A stretch of DNA of 64,000 nt from Myxococcales bacterium. Its GTDB lineage: Bacteria > Myxococcota_A > UBA9042. The DNA lies in the NCBI GenBank assembly GCA_037441385.1, contig JBBISH010000001.1:71190-135189 (forward strand), written 5' to 3'. Shown piece by piece: positions 1 through 8,368 of the stretch (the stretch's first letter is position 1; the number at the start of each line of letters is the position of its first letter). The position numbers and the translations under genes are program-made. The notes beneath the pieces were generated by a model. It had not been told where the DNA came from, made no database searches, and saw nothing but the letters and a program-made list of their open reading frames with translations.

Positions 1-219
1 AGGGGCGGTCTCACCACCAGTGCCGACGTGTCGGCGCGGCGCGGGGCCCGGCAGCTGGCCCGCGAGGCCTACCCCGCCCGGCCAAGCGCGGGCCGCGAGG
101 ACTTTCTCTACCAGCTCGCTGCGGTGGCCTGCGCGCAAGCCCCGAGCGGGGCGCGCGCCAAGCCGGTCAAAGTGCCCCCCGGCGCGGCCTACAGCGCCTG
201 CCGCGCAGCCGCCCCCTAG
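1..219 (+). CDS. 3' end of a gene continuing from upstream of the window (unknown product)
   Basis: Open frame 1 from position 1 to the TAG at 217-219, with no stop. GC3-rich codons typical of this genome. No recognisable domain in the 72 aa visible. Confidence 0.3.
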   Translation, partial: RGGLTTSADVSARRGARQLAREAYPARPSAGREDFLYQLAAVACAQAPSGARAKPVKVPPGAAYSACRAAAP

Positions 220-288
220 AACACCAATCACAACTCTCCGAGGTTCAGAGCAACGAGACCACTCGCTGACGAAAACTCGCTGAGGCTC

Positions 289-368
289 ATACGAACCCCG
301 TCTGATTCACGCCTGTACGGTTCCTCTGATACGAACCCCATCTGATTCACGCCTGAACGGCTTCTCTG
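289..368. repeat. 40-bp tandem direct repeat, 2 copies (289-328 and 329-368, about 36/40 identical)
   Basis: Read directly: atacgaaccccgtctgattcacgcctgtacggttcctctg followed by atacgaaccccatctgattcacgcctgaacggcttctctg. It lies in a lower-GC leader upstream of the CDS at 693. Confidence 0.8.
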
Positions 369-510
369 ACCCGGTCTGCAACCGGCGAGAATCAGGCGGG
401 GACCCCGGTCCGGGCCCGAAGAATTGCCGAAGTTTTCGAGCCGATTTGGACGGAAACCGTATCAGTGGGTCGCAAGCGGGCGCCCCACTACCCAGCACAG
501 CCGCGACCCG

Positions 511-555
511 CCGCGACGTTTGCCCCCCAAGGACTGGGTTTCTGATCGGTGCTCT
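511..555. repeat. Left arm of a 43-45 bp inverted repeat (partner at 4392-4434)
   Basis: ccgcgacgtttgccccccaaggactgggtttctgatcggtgctct. The reverse complement of 4392-4434 is ccgcgacgtttgcccccaggactgggtttctgatcggtgctct. The two are identical apart from a 2-nt indel. Confidence 0.85.
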
Positions 556-692
556 GGCAACCGCAGTGCAGCCATTTTCTACTGCCTGATCTTACGGTAG
601 ATTGAGAGCGCCGCCGCGAAAGTGCTGGAATCCCGGCCGCGCGGCGCCGATCACTGCGTTGCAGGGGTGCCTCTGGGCAGAAGGCCGGTTCC

Positions 693-3440
693 ATGGTTCC
701 GAGCATTGCACACTTGTCGAAGCGACTCCCCAGCGCCGTCGCCGGTCTTCTTGCCTTCGCGGCGGTGGTGGCGGGCTGCCAGCCGGAAACCTTGCCGTCG
801 ACCAAGGTCTCCGAGGCCAAGGATGTCGAGGCCGTCCCAGACGTGACCCCGGTCGATGCTGTCGCCGGCGACGTGGCCGAGGTCGATCAACAGGCCGCTG
901 ACGTGGCCGAGGTCGCAGGTCCAGAGTGCGTGCAAGACGGCGACTGTGCAGCTAAAGCCGGCCCCTGCCAGCTCGCCGCCTGCGTAAAGGACAAGTGCGC
1001 CCTGGCGCAAAAGCCGGCGACTGCGGCGTGCGACGACGGCGACCCCTGCACCGTTGGCGACGCCTGCAACTCCGCTGGCGCTTGTGTGCCTGGCACCTTG
1101 CCGCCCAAGTGCGACGACGACAACGCTTGCACGTCCGACAGTTGCGTGCCAAAGACCGGTTGTGTCCACGCCAAGAAGTCGAGCGGCCCTTGCGAAGACG
1201 GCGACAAGTGCACCGATGGCGACCACTGTCTGGATGGCATCTGCAAGTCGGGCGCGAACGATCTGTGCCCGTGCCATGTCGACGCGGACTGCGCGCCAAA
1301 GGCGAACTGGTGCACAGGCCCGCTGGTCTGCAACAAGTCCGGCAAGGTCAACAAATGCGAACCGAGCGGAGCGGGCGTGGTCTGCACCGATCCCAATCCG
1401 CTGGACTGCAAAGGCGTGGTCTGCGACCCGGCCGCACCCGAGCTGGCCAAGGCTTGCACGGAAACGGTCTTGAAAGACGGCGCCAACTGCAACGACGGCA
1501 TCGACTGCACCATGAACGACAAGTGTGCGGCGGGGGAGTGCAAGTTCGACGCGAACTTGTGTGATTGCCTCACGACCCAGCAATGCGTCAAGAAGTACAA
1601 TACCCCAGGAAACCTTTGTAAAAACAAGCATTTCTGTGACGTTGACCACGTCTGCAAGCCGCTGCCGGATGTCGTCTGTCCCGCCGCGGACCTGGGCGCG
1701 TGCGCCACCGTGACGTGCAACGAAGCCACCGGCAAGTGCGAGCCGACCCCCATCAAAGCCCAGCCGCTCGCCTGCGACGACGGCAACGCGTGCACGGAGG
1801 GGGACCACTGCGCGTATCCGGTTGGCGGCGTTTACTCCGGCCAGTGCGTTTCGGGCAAGGACCTTTGCCTTTGCACGAGCAACGCCGACTGCGCCGTCAA
1901 GGAAGACGGCGACATGTGCAACGGCACCTTGTACTGCGACAAGCTGACCGGCACCTGCCAGGTGAACCCGGCGACTGTGGTTCAGTGCCCCACAGCGAAT
2001 GACACGGTGTGCCAAAAGACCGTGTGCAACAAGAAGACGGGGCTCTGCGACGAAGTGCCGTCCGAGTGGCTCAAAGAGAACTGTCCCCCGGGCACGGCGG
2101 GTTGCGGGGTGTACATCAAATTGCCCGAGGGGGCGACACCGGTCTACAAAGGCTGCGAGGACGGCAACCCGTGTACCGCGAGCTCGACGTGCCTCGCCGG
2201 TCAGTGCACGACCGAGCCGACGTCGTACATCTGTGGCTGCTCCAAGGACAGCGACTGCGCCTCGCTGGGCGACAAGTGCAAGGGCTCGTTCTACTGCAAC
2301 GTGGAGTCCGGCAAGTGCCAATTGAATCCAGCGACGGCGGTGGTCTGCCCGGCGAGCGCCGACTCGCAGTGCGCCAAGAACGTCTGCGACCCCAAGACGG
2401 GGGCGTGCAAGCCGGAGCCCATCGCCAAGGGCGACGCCTACGTCCCCTGCGAAGACGGCAACGCGTGCACGAAGTTCGACTGGTGCGACCTCCAAGGCCA
2501 ATGTCAGTCTGGCCAGAACCACTGCATCTGTCAGACCGACGCGGACTGCGCCGCCAAAGAGGACGGGAATCCCTGCAACGGCACGCTTTACTGCAACAAG
2601 GCTGCGGGCAAGTGCCAGCTGAACCCGGCGACGGTGGTCTACTGCTCGCCGCTCTTCGATACCGCGTGCCGGGCCAACAAGTGCCAGATCGCGACCGGGA
2701 AGTGCGCGATGGTTTCGCGGAGCGACAAGAGCCTGTGCGACGACGGAAACGTCTGCACGGCCTCGGACTCGTGCCTGGCGGGCGTGTGCGTGGGGGGCGC
2801 GAACCTGTGCGAGTGCGACAGCAGCAACGACTGCAGCAAGAAGGAAGACGGCAACTTGTGCAACGGCACGCTGTTCTGCGACTTGGCCGCGGTCCCCCAC
2901 AAGTGCAAGGTCAACCCGGCGACCGTCGTGACGTGCCCATCCGGCCAGAACACCGCCTGCATGCTGAACACGTGCACGCCCGCGACCGGCGCATGCGCAA
3001 TGGCGCCGCACCCGCAGTTGTTCGCCCAGTGCGACGACGGCAATCCGTGTACCGCCGGCGACGTCTGCGTAGCCGGGGTCTGCACGGGATCTGCGAACCT
3101 GTGCAAATGCGTGCTCGACAGCGAGTGCGCCCCGCTTGACGATGGCGATCCGTGCAACGGCAAGCTCTACTGCGACAAGTCGGCGCCGCCCTTTGCGTGC
3201 AAGACCCTGCCTGGAAGCCCGATTGTTTGCAGCGGGTCCGGGGAGTGCATCCAGAGCACGTGCAGCCCCAGCACGGGCACCTGCACCACGGTCGCGGTCC
3301 CTGGGGCATGTGACGACGGCAACCCGTGCACGTTCGACGCGTGCACCGGGACCTGCAGCCACAGCGTCATCGACGATGGGGTCACGCCGTGCTCTCCCGG
3401 GAGTCCCGACAAGGTCTGCGTGGCCGGCCAGTGCAAGTAG
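693..3440 (+). CDS. Cysteine-rich repeat lipoprotein (Myxococcus cysteine-rich repeat family, TIGR02232-like), 915 aa
   Basis: ATG start. Signal peptide with lipobox (LLAFAAVVAGC). More than 20 copies of the C-x-DG-N/D-x-CT-x-x-D-x-C module. Longer composite modules (CxCxxDADCAxKEDGNxCNGTLYCxKxxGxCQxNPATVVxCP) recur. Ends at TAG 3438-3440. Confidence 0.8.
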   Translation: MVPSIAHLSKRLPSAVAGLLAFAAVVAGCQPETLPSTKVSEAKDVEAVPDVTPVDAVAGDVAEVDQQAADVAEVAGPECVQDGDCAAKAGPCQLAACVKDKCALAQKPATAACDDGDPCTVGDACNSAGACVPGTLPPKCDDDNACTSDSCVPKTGCVHAKKSSGPCEDGDKCTDGDHCLDGICKSGANDLCPCHVDADCAPKANWCTGPLVCNKSGKVNKCEPSGAGVVCTDPNPLDCKGVVCDPAAPELAKACTETVLKDGANCNDGIDCTMNDKCAAGECKFDANLCDCLTTQQCVKKYNTPGNLCKNKHFCDVDHVCKPLPDVVCPAADLGACATVTCNEATGKCEPTPIKAQPLACDDGNACTEGDHCAYPVGGVYSGQCVSGKDLCLCTSNADCAVKEDGDMCNGTLYCDKLTGTCQVNPATVVQCPTANDTVCQKTVCNKKTGLCDEVPSEWLKENCPPGTAGCGVYIKLPEGATPVYKGCEDGNPCTASSTCLAGQCTTEPTSYICGCSKDSDCASLGDKCKGSFYCNVESGKCQLNPATAVVCPASADSQCAKNVCDPKTGACKPEPIAKGDAYVPCEDGNACTKFDWCDLQGQCQSGQNHCICQTDADCAAKEDGNPCNGTLYCNKAAGKCQLNPATVVYCSPLFDTACRANKCQIATGKCAMVSRSDKSLCDDGNVCTASDSCLAGVCVGGANLCECDSSNDCSKKEDGNLCNGTLFCDLAAVPHKCKVNPATVVTCPSGQNTACMLNTCTPATGACAMAPHPQLFAQCDDGNPCTAGDVCVAGVCTGSANLCKCVLDSECAPLDDGDPCNGKLYCDKSAPPFACKTLPGSPIVCSGSGECIQSTCSPSTGTCTTVAVPGACDDGNPCTFDACTGTCSHSVIDDGVTPCSPGSPDKVCVAGQCK

Positions 3441-3505
3441 CCATGGTCGTGCCGGTCCAGTAGACTCCGCCGTGGCAGAGGACCCTGCCGTTCGCTTGGG
3501 TTGCA

Positions 3506-4393
3506 TTGGCTGGTTTTCAAGGCAAGATCCTGTTGCGCCGGGTGCTCTCGCGGCCCTACCACGTCGTTTCGCTTGTGCAGGCCGCGCGCACCCTCGCCAA
3601 ACTGCAGGGTCACGCCCATCCAGCGGTGCGGGCTGCTGCCACTGCCTGCAAGGCCGCCCTGTTGGGCAACTTCTCGCCAGACGAGCAAGCCTGGATTGCC
3701 CGAGTCGAAGCCCTCCGCAGTCGCGCAAGCCGTTCGACCGAGGTCGTCAAGATCGACGATTTCGGTGCAGTTTCACCGGACTCCAACCTGACCGCCGCGC
3801 AAATGTACACGGGCCGCGTGATCGAGCGCACCGTGGGGGCGGCCTGCAAGGGTGCCTCCAAGCCGCTGGTTTGGTCCTCGCTCCTTTTCCAGTTGGTGCG
3901 GCAGTTTGATCCAAAAACTTGCGTAGAATTGGGATGTTGCGTGGGTATCTCTGCCGGCTTCCAGGCGGGAGCGTTGCGCTTGAACGGGCACGGCGGGCAC
4001 TTGTGGACGCTCGAAGGGGCACCGGCACTCGCCGAGGTTTCCCGTCGGCATTTCAACGAGATCGACGTGGATGTTGAGGTCGTCGTGGGCCGTTTCCAGG
4101 ACACTCTGGCCGGCTTCCTCACCGCCCACACGCCCATTGACTATGCCTTTATCGACGGGCACCACGACGAGCAGGCAACTATTGACTATTTCGAGCAATT
4201 CTTGCCGCACTGCGGCCCGCGCGCCGTCCTGGTCTTCGACGACATCAACTGGTCGAAGGGCATGACGCGTGCATGGCGGCGCATCGAGGCGGATCCCCGC
4301 GTACCGCTTGCCTTCGATTGCGGCGAGATCGGGCTGTGCGTCATCGACGCCACGCTGACGGACCGAGTGCGGGCCCGCGTGCCGCTGCTCTAG
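3506..4393 (+). CDS. Class I SAM-dependent O-methyltransferase (Methyltransf_24 / O-MT family 3-like)
   Basis: Motif I VELGCCVGISAG, post-III YAFIDGHHDEQATIDYF and motif IV VLVFDDINW. The ORF-track start at 3506 is TTG, so the true start is uncertain. Stop TAG 4391-4393. Confidence 0.65.
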   Translation: MAGFQGKILLRRVLSRPYHVVSLVQAARTLAKLQGHAHPAVRAAATACKAALLGNFSPDEQAWIARVEALRSRASRSTEVVKIDDFGAVSPDSNLTAAQMYTGRVIERTVGAACKGASKPLVWSSLLFQLVRQFDPKTCVELGCCVGISAGFQAGALRLNGHGGHLWTLEGAPALAEVSRRHFNEIDVDVEVVVGRFQDTLAGFLTAHTPIDYAFIDGHHDEQATIDYFEQFLPHCGPRAVLVFDDINWSKGMTRAWRRIEADPRVPLAFDCGEIGLCVIDATLTDRVRARVPLL

Positions 4394-4434
4394 AGCACCG
4401 ATCAGAAACCCAGTCCTGGGGGCAAACGTCGCGG
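4392..4434. repeat. Right arm of the 43-45 bp inverted repeat (partner at 511-555)
   Basis: agagcaccgatcagaaacccagtcctgggggcaaacgtcgcgg. It begins inside the TAG stop of the methyltransferase gene. Confidence 0.85.
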
Positions 4435-4587
4435 CCTGCCTTACCGGATGGCTACTAGTGCCGTCAATGCAGTAAAAACATGTGCGATCATTGGCACTTG
4501 GCCCTCACCCCGCCGCCTTCGGCATCTGCCCCGCTCTCCCGGCGCCGTTGGCGCCACTCGCTCGCTTCGCTCACCGCGGGGATCCCT

Positions 4588-4660
4588 CCTCTCCCAACGC
4601 TTTGGGCGAGGGGCAATGCAATTTCCCTTTACCCCTCGCCCACTTCAGTGGGAGAGGGGT
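4588..4660. terminator. Nested palindromic element between convergent genes (probable bidirectional terminator or REP-like element)
   Basis: Perfect-but-one 14-bp stem acccctcgcccact / agtgggagaggggt with a 2-nt loop (4631-4660). Outer arms tgggcgagggg (4604-4614) and cctctccca (4588-4596) pair with the same core. No T-tract follows. Confidence 0.4.
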
Positions 4661-4725
4661 CGGCCGCAGGCCGGGGGTGAGGGCTATTCGACCGGGCGGC
4701 AGAGTATGCAACCGGTAAGGCCGGG

Positions 4726-6228
4726 TCACGGGCAAGCCCCCGTCACCGTCAGCTCGTCGACCAGGAGCCCCAACTTCTGCTTGTTCGACGTGTCCCACTT
4801 GACCTGATCGAACCACACCCGCAACTTGACCGACTTGCCGCCCAACGTGCTGGGCATGGCCACCTGCTGGTGCAGCCACTTGGCGCTGGTCGTGCCGGTA
4901 TTCAAGTCCTTGTTCTTGCTCCAAAGATTGGCCAACACCGCCCCCGAGGTCGGGTCGACGGCATCGATGCCCGCTTGATGAATTGACGCGCCCGGCGACA
5001 CATCCAACAGCACCCAGAAATCCAGGCCGGGATTGGCCGGCAGCGCGATGACCGGGCTGGTCGCCGCGCCCTTGTTTGGGGTCTGGTCCTCGAACGAGAC
5101 CTGGCCGGGCACGCCGTAGCGCAGACAGCCAGCCCCGGCGACCTTGGTGAGCGTGCCAAAGTGGAAGTACACGCTCTTGCTCGACTGCTCCAGGGCGAAG
5201 CCGTTCAGCGCCGCCGCGTCAAAGTGGTACCACAGGTGCGTGCCACTGCCGCTGGCCTTTTGCGAACTGCAGGTCTGGGCCTGGCAGGTGTCGACCATGC
5301 ACGCCACGTCCTTGGCGCACTGCGCATTGTTGCTGCAGCAGCCGAGCATCTTGCCGGGCGGGCTGTAGCTGCAGAACTCGCCCGCGCAGGTGCCCAGCGA
5401 GCAGGCGTTGCTGGTACAGCCCTGGCCGCCTGGGCACGTCGCGGCCTGGCCGGCCCAAACGTGCGTGCACTTGCCCGCTTTGCAGGCGTCTGCGCTGTCG
5501 TCGTTGCCGTCGCTGCACTCGCCGTCGCTCAGGCAGCAGTTGACGGCCGGAGGATGCAAGCACACGCCACCGCTGCACAAATCCTGGGTGCAGGGTTTGC
5601 CGTCGTCGCACTCTTTGTCGGCGGTGCAGCACACGCCCTTGGGGGTCCACACGCACTTGCCGCCGGTGCACGCGTCCGTGGTGCAGTCGCTGCCGTCGTC
5701 GCAGTCGGCCAGGCTCTGGCAGCAGCCAAAGATGGGGTCGTGCTTGCAGGTGCCGTCGGGCAGGCATTGCTCCAACGTGCACGGATCCTTGTCGTCGCAG
5801 TCGGCGTTGACGGTGCAGAGCGTAGTCTTGTCAAAGCACAGGTACGTAAAGGTGTTGCAGCCTTGGTTGGCCTTGCAGTCCTGGTCGGTGGCGCATTGAA
5901 AGCCCTTGCAGATGCCCTTGTAGCAGAAGTAGGGCGGTGTGCCGGGCTCCGGGCTGGCGGCGTTGCAGTCGGGGTCCGCCGTACACGTCTTCTGGCCGCA
6001 GGTCGTGCCCTTGCACGCCTGCCAGGGGTCGCACGGCGGATCGCAGGTGGCGGGGCCGCTCGTGTCGGTTACCGCAGTATCCTGGCTGACTTGCGTGTCA
6101 TAGCCCACCGTCTCGTCCGGCCCAACGGTGTCTGGGCTGGGCTTGGGGCTGCTGCCGCCCAAGAGCGAGTCGCAGCCTACACACGTCAGCGCGGCGGCGA
6201 GCAAGTAGACATTCATCAAGTTCTTCAT
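4726..6228 (-). CDS. Cysteine-rich repeat lipoprotein with C-terminal beta-rich (MAM/jelly-roll-like) domain, 500 aa
   Basis: Start chosen at ATG 6228 (MKNLMNVYLLAAALTCVGC lipoprotein signal), not the upstream GC-artifact extension to 6438. Repeats such as CxTDxDCxDxDPCTxExC. C-terminal 200 aa is non-repetitive. Confidence 0.75.
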   Translation of the reverse strand: MKNLMNVYLLAAALTCVGCDSLLGGSSPKPSPDTVGPDETVGYDTQVSQDTAVTDTSGPATCDPPCDPWQACKGTTCGQKTCTADPDCNAASPEPGTPPYFCYKGICKGFQCATDQDCKANQGCNTFTYLCFDKTTLCTVNADCDDKDPCTLEQCLPDGTCKHDPIFGCCQSLADCDDGSDCTTDACTGGKCVWTPKGVCCTADKECDDGKPCTQDLCSGGVCLHPPAVNCCLSDGECSDGNDDSADACKAGKCTHVWAGQAATCPGGQGCTSNACSLGTCAGEFCSYSPPGKMLGCCSNNAQCAKDVACMVDTCQAQTCSSQKASGSGTHLWYHFDAAALNGFALEQSSKSVYFHFGTLTKVAGAGCLRYGVPGQVSFEDQTPNKGAATSPVIALPANPGLDFWVLLDVSPGASIHQAGIDAVDPTSGAVLANLWSKNKDLNTGTTSAKWLHQQVAMPSTLGGKSVKLRVWFDQVKWDTSNKQKLGLLVDELTVTGACP

Positions 6229-6244
6229 GCTGCGCTCCCCGCGG

Positions 6245-8254
6245 CTACAGTAGATGCGTTTGCCAGAACAGCGCCACGGCCTGCACCAACGCCTCGCGGT
6301 TGGTCTTCTTCTGGAAGCCGTGGCCCTCGTCCTTGGCCAGCAGGTACCAGACCGCCTTACCGGCCTGCCGCACCGCCGCGACCACCTGCTCGGCCTCACT
6401 GCGCGGAACCCGTGGATCATTAGCGCCTTGCGCGACAAACAGCGCGCTGTGGATGCGGGCGGCGTGGCTGAGCGGCGAAATGTGCTGCAAAAACTCGCGC
6501 ATGCCCGGATCGCGCTCGTCGCCGTACTCGGCGCGGCGGTTGTCGCGGCGATAGGCCTGGGTATTCTCTAAGAACGTCACAAAGTTGCTGATGCCCACGA
6601 TGTCCACGCCGGCCCGCAACTGCTCGCCGTAGTGCACCAGCGCCGCCAGCACCATGTAGCCGCCGTACGAGCCGCCATAGACCGCTGCGCGCTTGGGATC
6701 CAGGTCGGGTTGCGTGCGCGCCCAATCGAGCAGCGCGCCGATGTCGCTCACCGAATCCTCGCGCTTTTTGCCATTGTCCAAGGCCAGGTAGGTCTTGCCG
6801 TAGCCGTCGCTGCCGCGCACGTTCGGCACCAGCACCGCCACCCCCAGTTCGGCCAGCCACAGCTGGATCGATGGGTCAAAGCCCGGCCGGGCCTGCCCCT
6901 CGGGCCCGCCGTGAATGTTGATCACAAAGGGAAACGGGCCCTTGCCCGCAGGCTTGTACACAAAGCAAGGGATCTGCCGCGCCGCCTTGCCCACCCGGTC
7001 AAAGGTCGGGTAGTGCACCAGCGTCGGCTCAGCAAAGGCTTTGGGGTCCAGGCCACCGGTCTCGCCCTCGGTCCAGCGCTGTACCACGGGCGCCTTCTTG
7101 GGATTCTCCCACCGCAACGTCCACACGTCGCCCGGCGACGCCGGTGCCGTCAGCCCCACCGCCACCGCCTTGCCATCCGGACTCCAGCGCAGCTCGCGAA
7201 TCACGCCATTGGGCAGGCCCGCCACGGGCGCCGGCTTGCCGTCGTCGCCCAGCACGTACAGCCGCGACCAGCCGTCGTCGTTGACAACCAGCGCCACCCT
7301 GCCCGTACTCGACACCGCGAACATCTCGACATTCCATCGGATATTCTGGGTCACCCACTGCAGCGCGCCGTCTTTGCCCTGGTGTGCCAGGCGCATGAAG
7401 TCGTCGCCCCAGTCGCTCGTCAGCCACACGCTGCCATCGGGAGCAAAGGCCGCGTCGCCAAAGGCCACCGTCTTGCCCTCCAACTCGGGCAGCAGCGGCG
7501 TCACCTTGCCGGTCGCCAGGTCCAACAGATGCGGCACCGACTCTTCAATCGAGATGAACTTGATGATCATCAAGCGCTTGCCGTCCGGCGACCAGTCCGC
7601 CACGCGCCAGTTCCCGGTCAATTCCACCGCGCGCTTGGGCGGTTCGCTGCTGTCGGCCGCCCAGACATACACGTCGAAGTCCTTGCCGTTGCGGCCCGTG
7701 CCCACAAACGCCAACTGCTTGCCGTCAGCCGACCAGACCGGCGTGTCGTGCCGGGATTTGCCATCGGTCAGCAGCCGCATGCTGCCGTCGCGGCGGCGCA
7801 ACAAAGACAGCTGATAGAACTCGCTGCCGCCCTTGTCCACGCCCAACACCAACTCGTCGCCACCGCTGGTCGCGGGCCGCGCCGCGGCGAACGCCACCGG
7901 TTCGTCCAAGAAGGTCCACTGACTGCGCGCCCCCAAAGGCATCGCCAGCTTGTGCAGTTGCATCGTTTCGGCAAAGCGGGTCAGGATGAACAGCCCGCTG
8001 CTGTCGGCCGCCCAATCCGCCAAACGCGCCGGCCGCACGTTGGTGTATTGGGCCGCCCGCCGCGCCAACTCACTTGGAATTTCGGGCACATCCTCAAGCA
8101 CCAGGCTGCCCTTGGCGCGAAGCGTGACCGTAGGAGTCCGCTCAGGCGCCTGCACCCGCGGCAATGACTCGGCCCACGCCGGCAGGGTCGGCAGGGCCGC
8201 AACCCCCAACACCAGCAAAGCAATTCGCCATGACCACTTGCCCACGCCTGCCAT
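6245..8254 (-). CDS. S9 family serine peptidase (prolyl oligopeptidase / dipeptidyl aminopeptidase type) with N-terminal beta-propeller
   Basis: Signal peptide. Nucleophile elbow GGSYGGYM. WD40/TolB-like N-terminal half. C-terminal alpha/beta hydrolase fold with Asp/His (DEGHGF). Confidence 0.8.
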   Translation of the reverse strand: MAGVGKWSWRIALLVLGVAALPTLPAWAESLPRVQAPERTPTVTLRAKGSLVLEDVPEIPSELARRAAQYTNVRPARLADWAADSSGLFILTRFAETMQLHKLAMPLGARSQWTFLDEPVAFAAARPATSGGDELVLGVDKGGSEFYQLSLLRRRDGSMRLLTDGKSRHDTPVWSADGKQLAFVGTGRNGKDFDVYVWAADSSEPPKRAVELTGNWRVADWSPDGKRLMIIKFISIEESVPHLLDLATGKVTPLLPELEGKTVAFGDAAFAPDGSVWLTSDWGDDFMRLAHQGKDGALQWVTQNIRWNVEMFAVSSTGRVALVVNDDGWSRLYVLGDDGKPAPVAGLPNGVIRELRWSPDGKAVAVGLTAPASPGDVWTLRWENPKKAPVVQRWTEGETGGLDPKAFAEPTLVHYPTFDRVGKAARQIPCFVYKPAGKGPFPFVINIHGGPEGQARPGFDPSIQLWLAELGVAVLVPNVRGSDGYGKTYLALDNGKKREDSVSDIGALLDWARTQPDLDPKRAAVYGGSYGGYMVLAALVHYGEQLRAGVDIVGISNFVTFLENTQAYRRDNRRAEYGDERDPGMREFLQHISPLSHAARIHSALFVAQGANDPRVPRSEAEQVVAAVRQAGKAVWYLLAKDEGHGFQKKTNREALVQAVALFWQTHLL

Positions 8255-8368
8255 CGCCGCTCCGCCGGGCCCCCGCGGCGCCCGCCGCCGCCCATGGTGA
8301 CGCAGCCGGACCGGCCAAGCAACCGCGCGGCTTGCCTCCGCAGGCCAAAATCGCTAGGTTGCAGCCCC

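Noticed and set aside
651-3728. 1025-aa minus-strand ORF, and many other long ORFs antisense to or overlapping the annotated genes (for example 5161-6423+, 6632-8167+, 9638-10726+, 12456-13472-, 15998-17374+, 29322-31490-, 33081-34928+, 34892-36604+, 36454-37815+, 38482-39939+, 40123-41130+, 46340-48088+, 48543-50363-, 54614-56809-, 57604-59031-, 61976-63301-)
   Set aside because: In a 69% GC genome stop codons are rare in off-frames. These ORFs have Arg/Ala/Gly-rich low-complexity translations with no motifs. Each overlaps a gene on the other strand or frame that has clear family signatures.
511-4434. Interpretation of the inverted-repeat cassette as a classical IS or composite transposon
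   Set aside because: No transposase ORF lies inside or nearby and there is no clear target-site duplication. The cassette is kept as an unexplained IR-bracketed unit (see findings) rather than called a mobile element.
4448-4807. 119-aa ORF spanning the palindromic element between the methyltransferase and the cysteine-rich gene
   Set aside because: It runs through the hairpin element and into the 3' end of the convergent gene. Its composition is Arg/Pro/Gly low complexity.
4726-6438. 5' extensions of several ORF-track entries (4726-6438, 9053-10795, 12369-15173, 14564-15949, 15941-17275, 17779-18999, 18903-19874, 19881-20699, 32672-33385, 36077-36823, 37751-39037, 41136-42470)
   Set aside because: The extensions upstream of the chosen starts are Arg/Pro-rich with no signal-peptide or domain logic. 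The chosen internal ATG/GTG starts have RBS-like purine tracts, lipoprotein signals or 4-nt coupling overlaps. The ORF track also counts TTG/GTG as Met, which inflates the N-termini.
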